Positions 30,690 through 39,096 of a stretch of 50,564 nt of DNA are shown here, piece by piece (the stretch's first letter is position 1; each line of letters begins with the position of its first letter). This DNA comes from Gammaproteobacteria bacterium (GTDB taxonomy: Bacteria; Pseudomonadota; Gammaproteobacteria; Nevskiales; Nevskiaceae). The position numbers and the translations under genes were made by a program. The notes under the pieces are model-generated. The model did no database searches and was not told where the DNA came from. It saw only the letters and a program-made list of their open reading frames with translations. Where the stretch lies: the NCBI GenBank assembly GCA_031384195.1, contig JANNAK010000036.1, positions 1 to 50,564 on the forward strand. Direction: 5' to 3'.

Positions 30690-31280
30690 CTAGAGCGAGC
30701 CCTTGGTCGAGGGAATGCCCGCGGCGCGGGGATCCGGCTCGACCGCCATTCGCAGGGCGCGGCCAAAGGCCTTGAAGCAGGTCTCGGCGATGTGGTGCGC
30801 ATTTCGGCCGCGAAGGTTGTCCACGTGCAGGGTGACCTTGGCGTGGTTGGCGAAACCCTGGAAAAACTCGCGGAACAGGTCGACGTCGAAGTCGGCAACC
30901 TTGGCGCGTGGATACTCGACAAAGTACTCCAGGCCCGGGCGGCCGGACAGGTCGATCACGATGCGCGACAGCGCTTCGTCCAGCGGCACGTAAGCATGGC
31001 CATAACGGCGGATGCCGGCTTTGTCGCCCAGCGCCTTGTCCAGGGCCTGGCCCAGGGTGATGCCAATGTCCTCGACCATGTGGTGGTGGTCGATGTGCAC
31101 GTCGCCCTTGCCTTCAACGCTGAGGTCGATCACGCCGTGACGCGCGACCTGCTCGAGCATGTGCTCGAGGAAGGGAATTCCGATCGCCAGGCGCGACACG
31201 CCGGTGCCGTCGAGGTTTACCTCGACCTTGATCTGGGTTTCCTTGGTGTTGCGCGAAATGCTGGCGGTGCGCGCTTTCAT
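30690..31280 (-). CDS. hisB: imidazoleglycerol-phosphate dehydratase (monofunctional)
   Basis: ORF 30690..31349 trimmed to ATG 31280 ([27 protein letters not shown]). Also has the metal-binding blocks IDHHHMVED and RNAHHIAE. Confidence 0.9.
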   Translation of the reverse strand: MKARTASISRNTKETQIKVEVNLDGTGVSRLAIGIPFLEHMLEQVARHGVIDLSVEGKGDVHIDHHHMVEDIGITLGQALDKALGDKAGIRRYGHAYVPLDEALSRIVIDLSGRPGLEYFVEYPRAKVADFDVDLFREFFQGFANHAKVTLHVDNLRGRNAHHIAETCFKAFGRALRMAVEPDPRAAGIPSTKGSL

Positions 31281-31356
31281 GCCTGAGGGGGTCTCACCGG
31301 GGGGCTTCCGGGGGCGGCTAGCATAGACAAAAACGGCGTCGCACACCATTGCTCGG

Positions 31357-31794
31357 TCACGACTCCAGCCAGAACGTCACCGGTCCGTCGTTGACCAGGG
31401 CGACCTGCATCTCGGCACCAAACGCGCCGCTCTGGGTGTGCGGCCAGAGCAGCTGGGCACGCGAGACCAGGTACTCGAAGCATTTCTGCGCGACCGCGGG
31501 CTCGGCCGCAGTGGAAAAACCGGCCCGGCTGCCCTTGCGGGTATCGGCGGCGAGGGTGAACTGCGGAACCAGCAGCAAGCCGCCAGCGACGTCCTTGAGG
31601 CTGAGGTTCATGCGCCCGCCCTCGTCAGGAAACACCCGGTAGCCCAGCAAGCGCTCCAGAAGTCGCTCGGCGTCGGGCTCGTCGTCGTCTTTCTGTACGC
31701 CCACCAACACCAGCAGCCCGCGAGAAATTGCCGCGACTTGTCGGCCCTTCACCAGCACATTGGCCGAGCCGACCCGCTGGATCAGGCCAATCAT
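31357..31794 (-). CDS. dtd: D-aminoacyl-tRNA deacylase
   Basis: ORF 31357..32460 trimmed to ATG 31794 ([15 protein letters not shown]...[19 protein letters not shown]...[19 protein letters not shown]). Overlaps the MFS gene stop by 4 nt. Confidence 0.9.
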   Translation of the reverse strand: MIGLIQRVGSANVLVKGRQVAAISRGLLVLVGVQKDDDEPDAERLLERLLGYRVFPDEGGRMNLSLKDVAGGLLLVPQFTLAADTRKGSRAGFSTAAEPAVAQKCFEYLVSRAQLLWPHTQSGAFGAEMQVALVNDGPVTFWLES

Positions 31795-32975
31795 GGGGTG
31801 CGCGGCGGCGGCGGTACGAAACGCAGTGCCAGCACCGTCAGCAGCGCGAATGCCGCACCGGACAGGAAGGTGGCTGCCGGACCTGCGAAGGTCCACAGCG
31901 CACCGGCCAGCACGCTGGCGACAAGCAATACGATGCCGCGTGCGAAATTGGTGATGCCATAGGCGGTGCCCAGCAGCGCAGCAGGCGCACGGTCGGCGAC
32001 CATCGCGGCCAGCAGTCCCTCGGTCAGGCCCATGTGGAATCCCCACAGCGCGGCACCGGCCAGCGTCCATCCCCAATGCTCCCCGAACGCCAGCAACAGG
32101 TCTGCCGCAATCAGTACCGCACAGCCCCAGCCCAGCAGTTGGGTTCGCGGCAGCCGGTCTGAAAGGCGACCCGCGGGATAGGCCGACAGCGCATAGGCGA
32201 GGTTCATCGCCACCAGTACCAGCGGCACGAAGGGCAGGCTCAAGCCAGCCGTGTGCACCCGCAGTACCAGGAAGGCCTCGGAAAACCGCGCCAGCGTGAA
32301 CATCACCATCAAGCCAACCAGCCACCAGAACGGGCGCGGCAGCCTTCGCCAGGCCCGTAAGTCCGGCAGGCCCTTGCTGGTGGCGGCGGTGGATTTCGGC
32401 TCGCGCACCCAGATCCAGAGGATGACGACGGCCATCGCCGCCGGGATCGTTGCGAACCAAAACACCGCTCGGATGTTGTCGGCCAGCAGCAACATCAGGC
32501 CAATGGCGAGCAGCGGCCCCAGGAAGGCGCCGGTCGTGTCCATGGATTGCCGCAATCCAAACGCGGCGCCACGCTGTTCGGGCGGCGTCAGCCCGGCAAC
32601 CAGGGCATCTCGCGGCGCGCCGCGGATGCCCTTGCCGATGCGATCCAGGAAACGGGCGGTGAACACCGTCACCACGCTGTCTGCCAGCGGGAACAGCGGC
32701 TTGGTCAGCGCGGCCACGCCGTAGCCCAGCAGCGCCAACGGCTTGCGCCGCCCCATCCAGTCCGACAGCGCACCGGAAAACAGCTTGACGATGTTGGCGG
32801 TGGCCTCGGCCACGCCCTCGATCACGCCCAGCGCCAGTGCGCTCACGCCCAGGGTGCCAACGAGGAACACCGGCAGCAGGCTGTGGATCATCTCCGAGGA
32901 GACATCCATGAACAGGCTCACCAGCCCCAGCGCCCAGACACCGGCGGGTAGTCGTGACTTCGTCGGGGCGTTCAT
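31791..32975 (-). CDS. MFS transporter
   Basis: ORF trimmed to ATG 32975 (MNAPTKSRLPAGVWALG). Twelve predicted TM segments and an MFS loop motif GALSDWMGRRKP. Confidence 0.75.
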   Translation of the reverse strand: MNAPTKSRLPAGVWALGLVSLFMDVSSEMIHSLLPVFLVGTLGVSALALGVIEGVAEATANIVKLFSGALSDWMGRRKPLALLGYGVAALTKPLFPLADSVVTVFTARFLDRIGKGIRGAPRDALVAGLTPPEQRGAAFGLRQSMDTTGAFLGPLLAIGLMLLLADNIRAVFWFATIPAAMAVVILWIWVREPKSTAATSKGLPDLRAWRRLPRPFWWLVGLMVMFTLARFSEAFLVLRVHTAGLSLPFVPLVLVAMNLAYALSAYPAGRLSDRLPRTQLLGWGCAVLIAADLLLAFGEHWGWTLAGAALWGFHMGLTEGLLAAMVADRAPAALLGTAYGITNFARGIVLLVASVLAGALWTFAGPAATFLSGAAFALLTVLALRFVPPPPRTP

Positions 32976-33041
32976 GTGGCGGCGATTATCGCAGCCCGCA
33001 ACAAAGGTGACAGCCGCCATTTCTCCCTAGAATGTGGCGCC

Positions 33042-33908
33042 ATGGCCATCCTGTTCCACGTCCTCGCCGCCCTGCCGCTGTCGCTGCTGCAGGGCATCGG
33101 CAATCTTGCCGGCGCGCTGCTGTGGTGGACCGGCAGCAGTCGGCGACGCGTGGCGATGATCAACCTCGGCCTGTGCATGCCGGAACTTTCCGAAGCTGAC
33201 AAGAAACGGATTGCGCGAAAGTCCATCGCCCACGAGATCAAGACCTACCTGGAAACGCCGCAGTACTGGTTGGGCAACCTTGCCCGGGTGAAGGCACGGG
33301 TGCGCGAGTATCGGAACATCGCGTGCTATGAGCGGGCGCAGGCACAGGGCAGGGGCGTGATCCTGCTGACCCTGCATCAGGGCGCCTTTGAGGCGGTGGC
33401 CATCCCGATGTCGGAAAAGTACATGCTCACCGGCCTGTACAAGCCGCAAAAAGGCGTGGTCAACGATCTTTCAATTCGCGGCCGCAGTCGCCTCGGCGGC
33501 AAGTTGATTCCCACCGACGCGGGTGGCGCCCGCCGCCAGCTTCTGCCGGTGCTGGCAGGCGGCGAGGGCATTTACTTCATGCCCGACCACGACCCGCCGG
33601 AAGGACGCGGCCTGTTTGCGCCGTTCATGGGCATCCCGGCGCACACCCCGTCGCTCGTGGCGCGGCTGGTGCGGGAATCAAAATCGCCGGTGGTGTTCAT
33701 GTTTGGCGAGCGCCTGCCCTGGGGCCGCGGCTACATCGCGCATTATCTTGAGGCCCCTCCGGGCATGGACGATCCCGACCCGGTCAAGGCAACAACGGCC
33801 ATGAACAAGGGCCTCGAAGCCTGCGTGCGCGCCTGCCCGGAACAGTACTGGTGGGGCTACAAGCGCTTCCGCCGCCAGCCGCCGGGACAACCGCGGTTTT
33901 ACCACTAA
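33042..33908 (+). CDS. lipid A biosynthesis late acyltransferase family protein (LpxL/LpxM/HtrB)
   Basis: ORF 32976..33908 trimmed to ATG 33042 (MAILFHVLAALPLSLLQGIGNLAGALLWW). The HX4E-type active-site block LTLHQGAFEAV, plus PDHDP..G and C-terminal PEQYWWGYKRF, are typical of this family. Confidence 0.75.
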   Translation: MAILFHVLAALPLSLLQGIGNLAGALLWWTGSSRRRVAMINLGLCMPELSEADKKRIARKSIAHEIKTYLETPQYWLGNLARVKARVREYRNIACYERAQAQGRGVILLTLHQGAFEAVAIPMSEKYMLTGLYKPQKGVVNDLSIRGRSRLGGKLIPTDAGGARRQLLPVLAGGEGIYFMPDHDPPEGRGLFAPFMGIPAHTPSLVARLVRESKSPVVFMFGERLPWGRGYIAHYLEAPPGMDDPDPVKATTAMNKGLEACVRACPEQYWWGYKRFRRQPPGQPRFYH

Positions 33909-33912
33909 CGCC

Positions 33913-33940
33913 TTGAGCATTTGGGATGAATCCGTAGAAT
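33913..33940 (+). promoter_or_regulatory. candidate sigma70 promoter of the ABC-2/GldG/DUF4340 operon
   Basis: TTGAGC (33913-33918) - 16 nt - TAGAAT (33935-33940), 67 nt upstream of ATG 34008. Confidence 0.35.
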
Positions 33941-34007
33941 CCCCCGCTCGCGCGGAACTTCGGGACACCTGTTCCGGTCTGTACCGCACCTAAAACACGG
34001 GTTACCA

Positions 34008-34952
34008 ATGTCCAACGAAGTGCTGATCGAGGCGCGACAGTTGTCGCGCCGGTACGGCCCGACTGTCGCGGTCGCTGACCTCAACCTGTCGCTGCGCAAG
34101 GGCGAAATCTTGGGATTGCTCGGCCCCAACGGCGCCGGCAAGTCCACCACCATGAAGATGCTGGCCGGAGTGCTGGCGCCCAGCGCCGGTGAGGTCACCA
34201 TCAATGGAGTGAGCCTGCGCGAGAGCCCGCAAGCCGCCAAGCGGAATCTCGGCTACCTGCCCGAGTTGCCGCCGGTCTATCCGGAACTGACGGTGGATGA
34301 GTACCTGATTTTTTGCGCCAGCCTGCACGGGGTTGCGCCGGACGCGCGCGCCGGTGCGGTTGCGCGCTCCAGGAAAGCCTGTGGGCTGAATGAGGTCGCC
34401 AGCCGCCTGATCACCAATCTGTCGAAGGGCTACCAGCAGCGAGTGGGCATTGCGCAAGCCATCATCCATCGGCCGCCGGTGGTGATCCTGGACGAGCCGA
34501 CTATCGGCCTGGACCCTATCCAGATTCGCGAGATCCGCCGCCTGATCACCGAGCTGGGCCAGGAGCACTCGGTCATCCTGTCCAGCCACATCCTTCCGGA
34601 AATTCAGGCGGTGTGCGGGCGGGTGATGATCATTCACCGCGGCCGCATGGTCTACAACGAGCCGGTTGAACCGGAATCCAGCTTCCGCGCGGTGACGGCG
34701 CAGTTCAAGCGCCCACCGGATGCCGCCGCGCTGGGCCGCGTCGCTGGCGTTACCGGCGTGAGGGACCTGGGTGCCGGCCGGTTCCGGCTGCCATGCGCCG
34801 AGGGCGCCGACCCGCGCGAGGCGCTCGCCGACACCGCCGCAAAAAATAACTGGGGACTGATCGAATTGCGCGCCGAACAGAAGACGCTGGAAGAAATCTT
34901 TGTCGAGCTCACCGCGAGCGACGACGCCGCACCCGTGCAGGAGGCCGCATGA
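34008..34952 (+). CDS. ABC transporter ATP-binding protein (ABC-2 subfamily, GldA-like)
   Basis: Walker A GPNGAGKST, signature LSKGYQQRVGIAQA, Walker B VVILDEPTIGLD. The stop overlaps the next start by 4 nt. Confidence 0.85.
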   Translation: MSNEVLIEARQLSRRYGPTVAVADLNLSLRKGEILGLLGPNGAGKSTTMKMLAGVLAPSAGEVTINGVSLRESPQAAKRNLGYLPELPPVYPELTVDEYLIFCASLHGVAPDARAGAVARSRKACGLNEVASRLITNLSKGYQQRVGIAQAIIHRPPVVILDEPTIGLDPIQIREIRRLITELGQEHSVILSSHILPEIQAVCGRVMIIHRGRMVYNEPVEPESSFRAVTAQFKRPPDAAALGRVAGVTGVRDLGAGRFRLPCAEGADPREALADTAAKNNWGLIELRAEQKTLEEIFVELTASDDAAPVQEAA

Positions 34953-35689
34953 ACACCCTGGTGATTGCCCGCAACGAGTTGCGGCGCATCTTTGTCTCGC
35001 CGCTGGCCTGGGCGGTCCTGGCCGTGGTGCAGCTGATCCTCGGGTTTGTGTTCATCAACCTGCTGATCGACTACTCGCGCAACGCCGAGTTCGGCGACCA
35101 GTTCACTGGCGTGGCCGACTATATGGGCGGGGCGCTGTACGGCTTCGCTACCATCGTCTTGCTGTTGGTGATGCCGTTGATGACCATGCGCACGTTTTCC
35201 GAGGAACGCCGCTCCGGCAGCCTGACCCTGCTGCTGTCCTCGCCGGCGACGCTGGTGGAAATAGTGATGGGCAAGTTCATGGGCGTGGCCGGGTTCACCG
35301 GGGCGCTGATGGTGCTGCTGGCCGCAATGCCGCTGTCACTGATGCCGGGAACCGACCTGGACCTGGGGCGCATCGCGGCCGGTTTGCTGGGCATGTTCCT
35401 GATGACGCTGGCTTTCGGCGCCGCCGGCATCTTCGTGTCCTCGCTGACGCGCGAGCCGACCATCGCGGCGGTCGGCAGCTTCGGCTTGCTGCTGCTGGTG
35501 TGGTTGATCCAGATCGTGTCCTTTCAGGACATTCCGTTTGCCGAGGTGTTCGGCTACCTGTCGCTGATTGGCCACTTCGATTCGCTGCGCCGCGGCCTGT
35601 TCAATTCTGCCGACGTCATCTATTACGTCCTGTTCATCGTGTTGTTTCTCTGGCTGACGGTGCAGCGCCTTGATCTGGAGCGGAACTGA
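34949..35689 (+). CDS. ABC-2 type transporter permease (GldF-like)
   Basis: 246 aa, six TM segments, N-terminal IARNELRRIFVSPLAW typical of ABC-2 permeases. Confidence 0.8.
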   Translation: MNTLVIARNELRRIFVSPLAWAVLAVVQLILGFVFINLLIDYSRNAEFGDQFTGVADYMGGALYGFATIVLLLVMPLMTMRTFSEERRSGSLTLLLSSPATLVEIVMGKFMGVAGFTGALMVLLAAMPLSLMPGTDLDLGRIAAGLLGMFLMTLAFGAAGIFVSSLTREPTIAAVGSFGLLLLVWLIQIVSFQDIPFAEVFGYLSLIGHFDSLRRGLFNSADVIYYVLFIVLFLWLTVQRLDLERN

Positions 35690-35690
35690 C

Positions 35691-37043
35691 ATGAACAAGA
35701 AACAGGTTTTGTTCCAGCAGGCCGCCAGCGCCGTGCTGTTCCTGGTGGTGCTGGTGATGCTGGGCTGGTTGTCGACGCGCTTCAAAATCGAGGCGGACTG
35801 GACCGTCGGCGGCCGCAACACCCTGACCGAGGCCAGCCAGAAACAGCTGGGCTCGATGGCCGACCCAATCAAGTTCCTGGTATTCCTCTATCCGCGCTCG
35901 GAACTGCGGCAGTCGCTGGAAGCCGACTTCCGCCGTTACCAGCGGGTGAAGCCGGACATCACGGTTGAGTTCATTGACCCGTCCACCCATCCGCAAAAAG
36001 TGCGTGACTACAACGTCTCGCGCGCCGGTGAAGTGGTCATCGAGTACCAGGGCCGCCGTGAAAGCCTGTCGGCTACCACCGAACCTGCCATCACGACCGC
36101 AATGCAGCGCCTGAGCTACACCGGCGAGCGCTGGGTGGTGTTCCTTGAGGGCCACGGCGAGCCGGGCATCAATGACAGTGAGCAGTTTGGCTACTCGGGC
36201 TATGCGCAGACGCTGCGCGACAAGGGCCTGAAGCTGCGGTCGCTCAACCTCGCCACCGACCCGCGCGTGCCGGACAACACCGCCGTGCTGGTCGTCGCCG
36301 GTTCGGCCAAGCCGTTGCTGGCGGGCGAGATCAAGATCGTCAGCGAGTACGTCAGCAACGGCGGCAACCTGCTGTGGCTGACCGACCCGGACGTGGCGCC
36401 GGGGCTGGATGACCTGGCCAAGCTGCTGGGAATTACCTGGCAAAAAGGCACCGCCATCCTGCTGGAGTCGGCCACGCTGGGCTTGCCGCCCTACGTCTAC
36501 ATCACCACCGCCTACCCGCCCAACCCGGTGACCAAGGACTTCCACGAGAACGCCTTGTTCCCCCTGGTTCGCGGCATGGCGCTGAAAACCGACGCCGGCT
36601 GGAATGTGCAGCCGATGCTGACCAGCTCGGACCAGGCCTGGCTGGAGACGGGACCACTCGAAGGCAATGTCGAGCTCAACGCCGACCAAGGTGACACCGC
36701 CGGGCCGCTCAACATCGGCGCGACCTTCACCCGCGACGCCAAGGTCAAGGTGGACGGCAAGGACGAGACCCACCCGCAGCGCGTGGCTGTCATTGGCGAC
36801 AGCGACTTTCTCGGCAACGCCTACGTCGGCCAGCTGGGCAACGGCCTGCTGGGCCTGAACCTGGTGCAGTGGTTGGCTTCGCGCGATGCCCAGCTCAATA
36901 TCGACGTGCCCAAGGCGCCGGATCACTCGCTGGTGATCCCGTCCTGGGGCTTGTACGCGATCTACTTTGGCTTCGCCTTCCTGCTGCCGGCCGGCTTGAT
37001 GGGCTTTGGCATCGGGCGCTGGGTCCTGCGGCGGCGCCGCTGA
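35691..37043 (+). CDS. GldG-family ABC-transporter auxiliary protein
   Basis: ORF 35670..37043 trimmed to ATG 35691, 1 nt after the permease stop. N- and C-terminal TM anchors flank a large periplasmic domain (VVFLEGHGE, AVLVVAGS, AVIGDSDFL blocks). Confidence 0.75.
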   Translation: MNKKQVLFQQAASAVLFLVVLVMLGWLSTRFKIEADWTVGGRNTLTEASQKQLGSMADPIKFLVFLYPRSELRQSLEADFRRYQRVKPDITVEFIDPSTHPQKVRDYNVSRAGEVVIEYQGRRESLSATTEPAITTAMQRLSYTGERWVVFLEGHGEPGINDSEQFGYSGYAQTLRDKGLKLRSLNLATDPRVPDNTAVLVVAGSAKPLLAGEIKIVSEYVSNGGNLLWLTDPDVAPGLDDLAKLLGITWQKGTAILLESATLGLPPYVYITTAYPPNPVTKDFHENALFPLVRGMALKTDAGWNVQPMLTSSDQAWLETGPLEGNVELNADQGDTAGPLNIGATFTRDAKVKVDGKDETHPQRVAVIGDSDFLGNAYVGQLGNGLLGLNLVQWLASRDAQLNIDVPKAPDHSLVIPSWGLYAIYFGFAFLLPAGLMGFGIGRWVLRRRR

Positions 37044-37045
37044 AC

Positions 37046-37939
37046 ATGAACCGCTCGCGCCTCAACCTGGTGCTGCTGGTCGTGGCCGCTGGCCTGGGCG
37101 TCGGCGTCTGGTACAGCCAGGAGAGAGAGGAAAAAGGACCGCCGCTGACGACGCTGACGGCCGACGCGCTGACCAGGATCGCCATCGAGCACCCGGGGCG
37201 AGAAGCGGTGCGACTGGAAAAGCGCGACGGTGGCTGGAACCTCACCGCGCCGTCGATCGCACGGGTCGACGAGTTCGAGATCAATTCACTGCTGGGCCTG
37301 GTTGATCGCGAGGTCAAGAAGTCGCTGGACCGCGACTCGATCAAGCTGGCCGAGCTGGGCCTGGATCCGCCCAAGTACACCATCACCCTCAACGACACGA
37401 GCATCGGCTTCGGCGATGTCGAGCCGCTGGACTACCGCCGATACGTCAAGGTCGGTGATGTGGTGTCGCTGATTGAGGATCCGCCCAGCGCCGCCCTGGA
37501 CGCGGACTACGCCGACCTTGTGGCCAAGTCCGTGCTCGCCATGGATGCCGTGATCGAAAAGATCTCGGTGCCGGGCCTGACGCTGGCGCGAGGCGCGGAT
37601 GGCAAGTGGCTGCTGACGCCCGCGGACGCAACGGCGACCACCGACCGCATGCAGAAACTGGTCGACGGCTGGAAGTCGGCCCGCGCGATGTGGAACGAGA
37701 TGCCCCAAGCGGTGAGCCCCAAGGGCGAGCCGGTGGTCATCACGCTGAAGGGCGGAGCCGAGCAGCGCCTCGTGCTGATGGAGCGCGACCCGCAGCTCAA
37801 GTTCTACAGCCCGGATGCAAAGACGGTTTACGTGCTGTCGAAGGCGCTGACCGACGAGCTGCTCAAGCTGCCCGAGATCCCGGAACCGGTCGTGGCCCCG
37901 GCGACGGCCAAGGACCCGGGTGAGACCCCCGCGTCCTGA
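37046..37939 (+). CDS. DUF4340 domain-containing protein
   Basis: ORF 36869..37939 trimmed to ATG 37046, 2 nt after the GldG stop. N-terminal anchor NLVLLVVAAGLGVGVW. The usual fourth gene of GldA/F/G-type operons. Confidence 0.65.
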   Translation: MNRSRLNLVLLVVAAGLGVGVWYSQEREEKGPPLTTLTADALTRIAIEHPGREAVRLEKRDGGWNLTAPSIARVDEFEINSLLGLVDREVKKSLDRDSIKLAELGLDPPKYTITLNDTSIGFGDVEPLDYRRYVKVGDVVSLIEDPPSAALDADYADLVAKSVLAMDAVIEKISVPGLTLARGADGKWLLTPADATATTDRMQKLVDGWKSARAMWNEMPQAVSPKGEPVVITLKGGAEQRLVLMERDPQLKFYSPDAKTVYVLSKALTDELLKLPEIPEPVVAPATAKDPGETPAS

Positions 37940-37995
37940 TTCGCGACACGTTGGCCGGCCGCAAGCCGCCGCCGGCGGGATGACACACTAGCGGC

Positions 37996-38820
37996 ATGCC
38001 CGAGCTGCCCGAAGTCGAAACCGTCCGGCGCGGCATTGCACCGCAAGTGACCGGCCGGCGAATCCAGGATGTGATCGTGCGCGACCGGCGGCTGCGCTGG
38101 CCGGTGCCGCGCGATTTCGAATCCCGGTTGCGTGGCCGCACCGTGCAGTCGGTGCAGCGCCGCGCCAAGTACTTGCTGCTCGAGCTGGACAGCGGCGACA
38201 GGCTGATCCTGCACCTGGGCATGTCCGGAAGGCTGTTGCTATTACCCACCGCGAGCCCGGCAAAAAAACATGACCATGTCGACCTCGCCTTCGAGGACGG
38301 ACCGCTGCTGCGCTTCAACGACCCGCGCCGTTTTGGCGCGGCGCTGATCTGGCCGGCGGGGCAGGGACAACACAAGCTGCTGCGCGGCCTGGGGCCTGAG
38401 CCGCTGGAGCCGGAGTTCAGCGCCGATCTGCTGTTCGAGAAATCCAGAGGTCGGCGCGTGCCGGTCAAGAATTTTCTGATGGACGGCCACATCGTGGTCG
38501 GGGTCGGGAATATCTACGCCTCCGAGTCGCTGTTTCGCGCCGGGATCCGCCCCGGTCGTGCCGCGGGTCGGGCGACTCGCGCCGAGTATGAGCGGCTGAC
38601 GGTTGCCGTTCGTGCAGTGCTGAGCGAGGCCATTGCCCAGGGTGGCAGCACGCTGAAGGATTCCAGTTACAGCAAGCCGGACGGGGAGTTTGGGTACTTC
38701 CAGGTTCGATTGGCGGTCTACGACCGCGCCGGGAAGCCGTGCAGTGTTTGCGCGACCCCCATCCGCCGCCAGATTATCGGTCAGCGCTCCAGCTTCTTTT
38801 GCCCAAAGTGCCAGCGGTAG
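37996..38820 (+). CDS. mutM: formamidopyrimidine-DNA glycosylase
   Basis: [15 protein letters not shown]-terminus and a C-terminal zinc finger [25 protein letters not shown]. Confidence 0.93.
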   Translation: MPELPEVETVRRGIAPQVTGRRIQDVIVRDRRLRWPVPRDFESRLRGRTVQSVQRRAKYLLLELDSGDRLILHLGMSGRLLLLPTASPAKKHDHVDLAFEDGPLLRFNDPRRFGAALIWPAGQGQHKLLRGLGPEPLEPEFSADLLFEKSRGRRVPVKNFLMDGHIVVGVGNIYASESLFRAGIRPGRAAGRATRAEYERLTVAVRAVLSEAIAQGGSTLKDSSYSKPDGEFGYFQVRLAVYDRAGKPCSVCATPIRRQIIGQRSSFFCPKCQR

Positions 38821-38924
38821 GAAGCAATCGCCCCCTTAAGTTAAGGCGGCGGTGATCTCGGCGAAGACGCGGTCATCGGGGATGAGGCAGCCGTGATCTC
38901 GCAGGGTTTTTTCTGACGTCCGGC

Positions 38925-38960
38925 AAAAAAAACCCGGTGGGTCGGGGGGGACCCACCGGG
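38925..38960 (-). terminator. Rho-independent terminator (sRNA candidate and/or polA)
   Basis: 11-bp GC-rich stem CCCGGTGGGTC / GACCCACCGGG (38960-38933) with a C6 loop, followed by T8 on the minus strand (38932-38925). Confidence 0.75.
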
Positions 38961-39067
38961 GAACAGTCCGGCCATATGGGGGTGCCGGAACTCCGCCCAG
39001 GGAGTGGGGGGCGGAGAGCGTCGGGGGGACGCTGTAGCTGAGACCGGGGGCCCGGGAAAATAGTTCC
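38925..39067 (-). ncRNA. candidate structured sRNA with C-rich hairpin loops downstream of polA (sX13-like)
   Basis: Minus-strand hairpins: AGCGTC-C5-GACGCT (39033-39017), CTCCGCCC-CCCACTCCCT-GGGCGGAG (39016-38991), CCGGC-ACCCCCATATG-GCCGG (38988-38968), and a terminator hairpin plus T8. Putative TTAGGC-16 nt-TAAATA promoter at 39100-39073. No credible ORF. The 5' end is not determined. Confidence 0.5.
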
Positions 39068-39096
39068 GGGCATATTTACATTGAGGTCAGGGCCGC

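Noticed and set aside
31281-31349. N-terminal extension of hisB from ATG 31349 ([23 protein letters not shown]...)
   Set aside because: Monofunctional IGP dehydratases begin close to the R.T.ET block. The 23-aa extension has no counterpart and no RBS, so ATG 31280 is preferred.
35634-36926. 430-aa minus-strand ORF antisense to the GldG-family gene
   Set aside because: Shadow ORF. The plus-strand gene fits the operon with tight coupling and a sensible membrane topology.
38834-38846. Palindrome CCTTAAGTTAAGG just after the mutM stop, and palindrome GACACGTGTC at 49680-49689 after dsbA
   Set aside because: Perfect palindromes of 10-12 nt are expected about ten times by chance in 50 kb. No second copy or associated feature was seen.
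38836-38925. Minus-strand coding-looking remnant ...LRDHGCLIPDDRVFAEITAALT* and a 9-nt direct repeat GTGATCTCG (38852-38860, 38893-38901) between mutM and the terminator
   Set aside because: There is no start codon or RBS and only about 28 codons are open. It could be debris of a lost gene, but that cannot be supported from the sequence alone.
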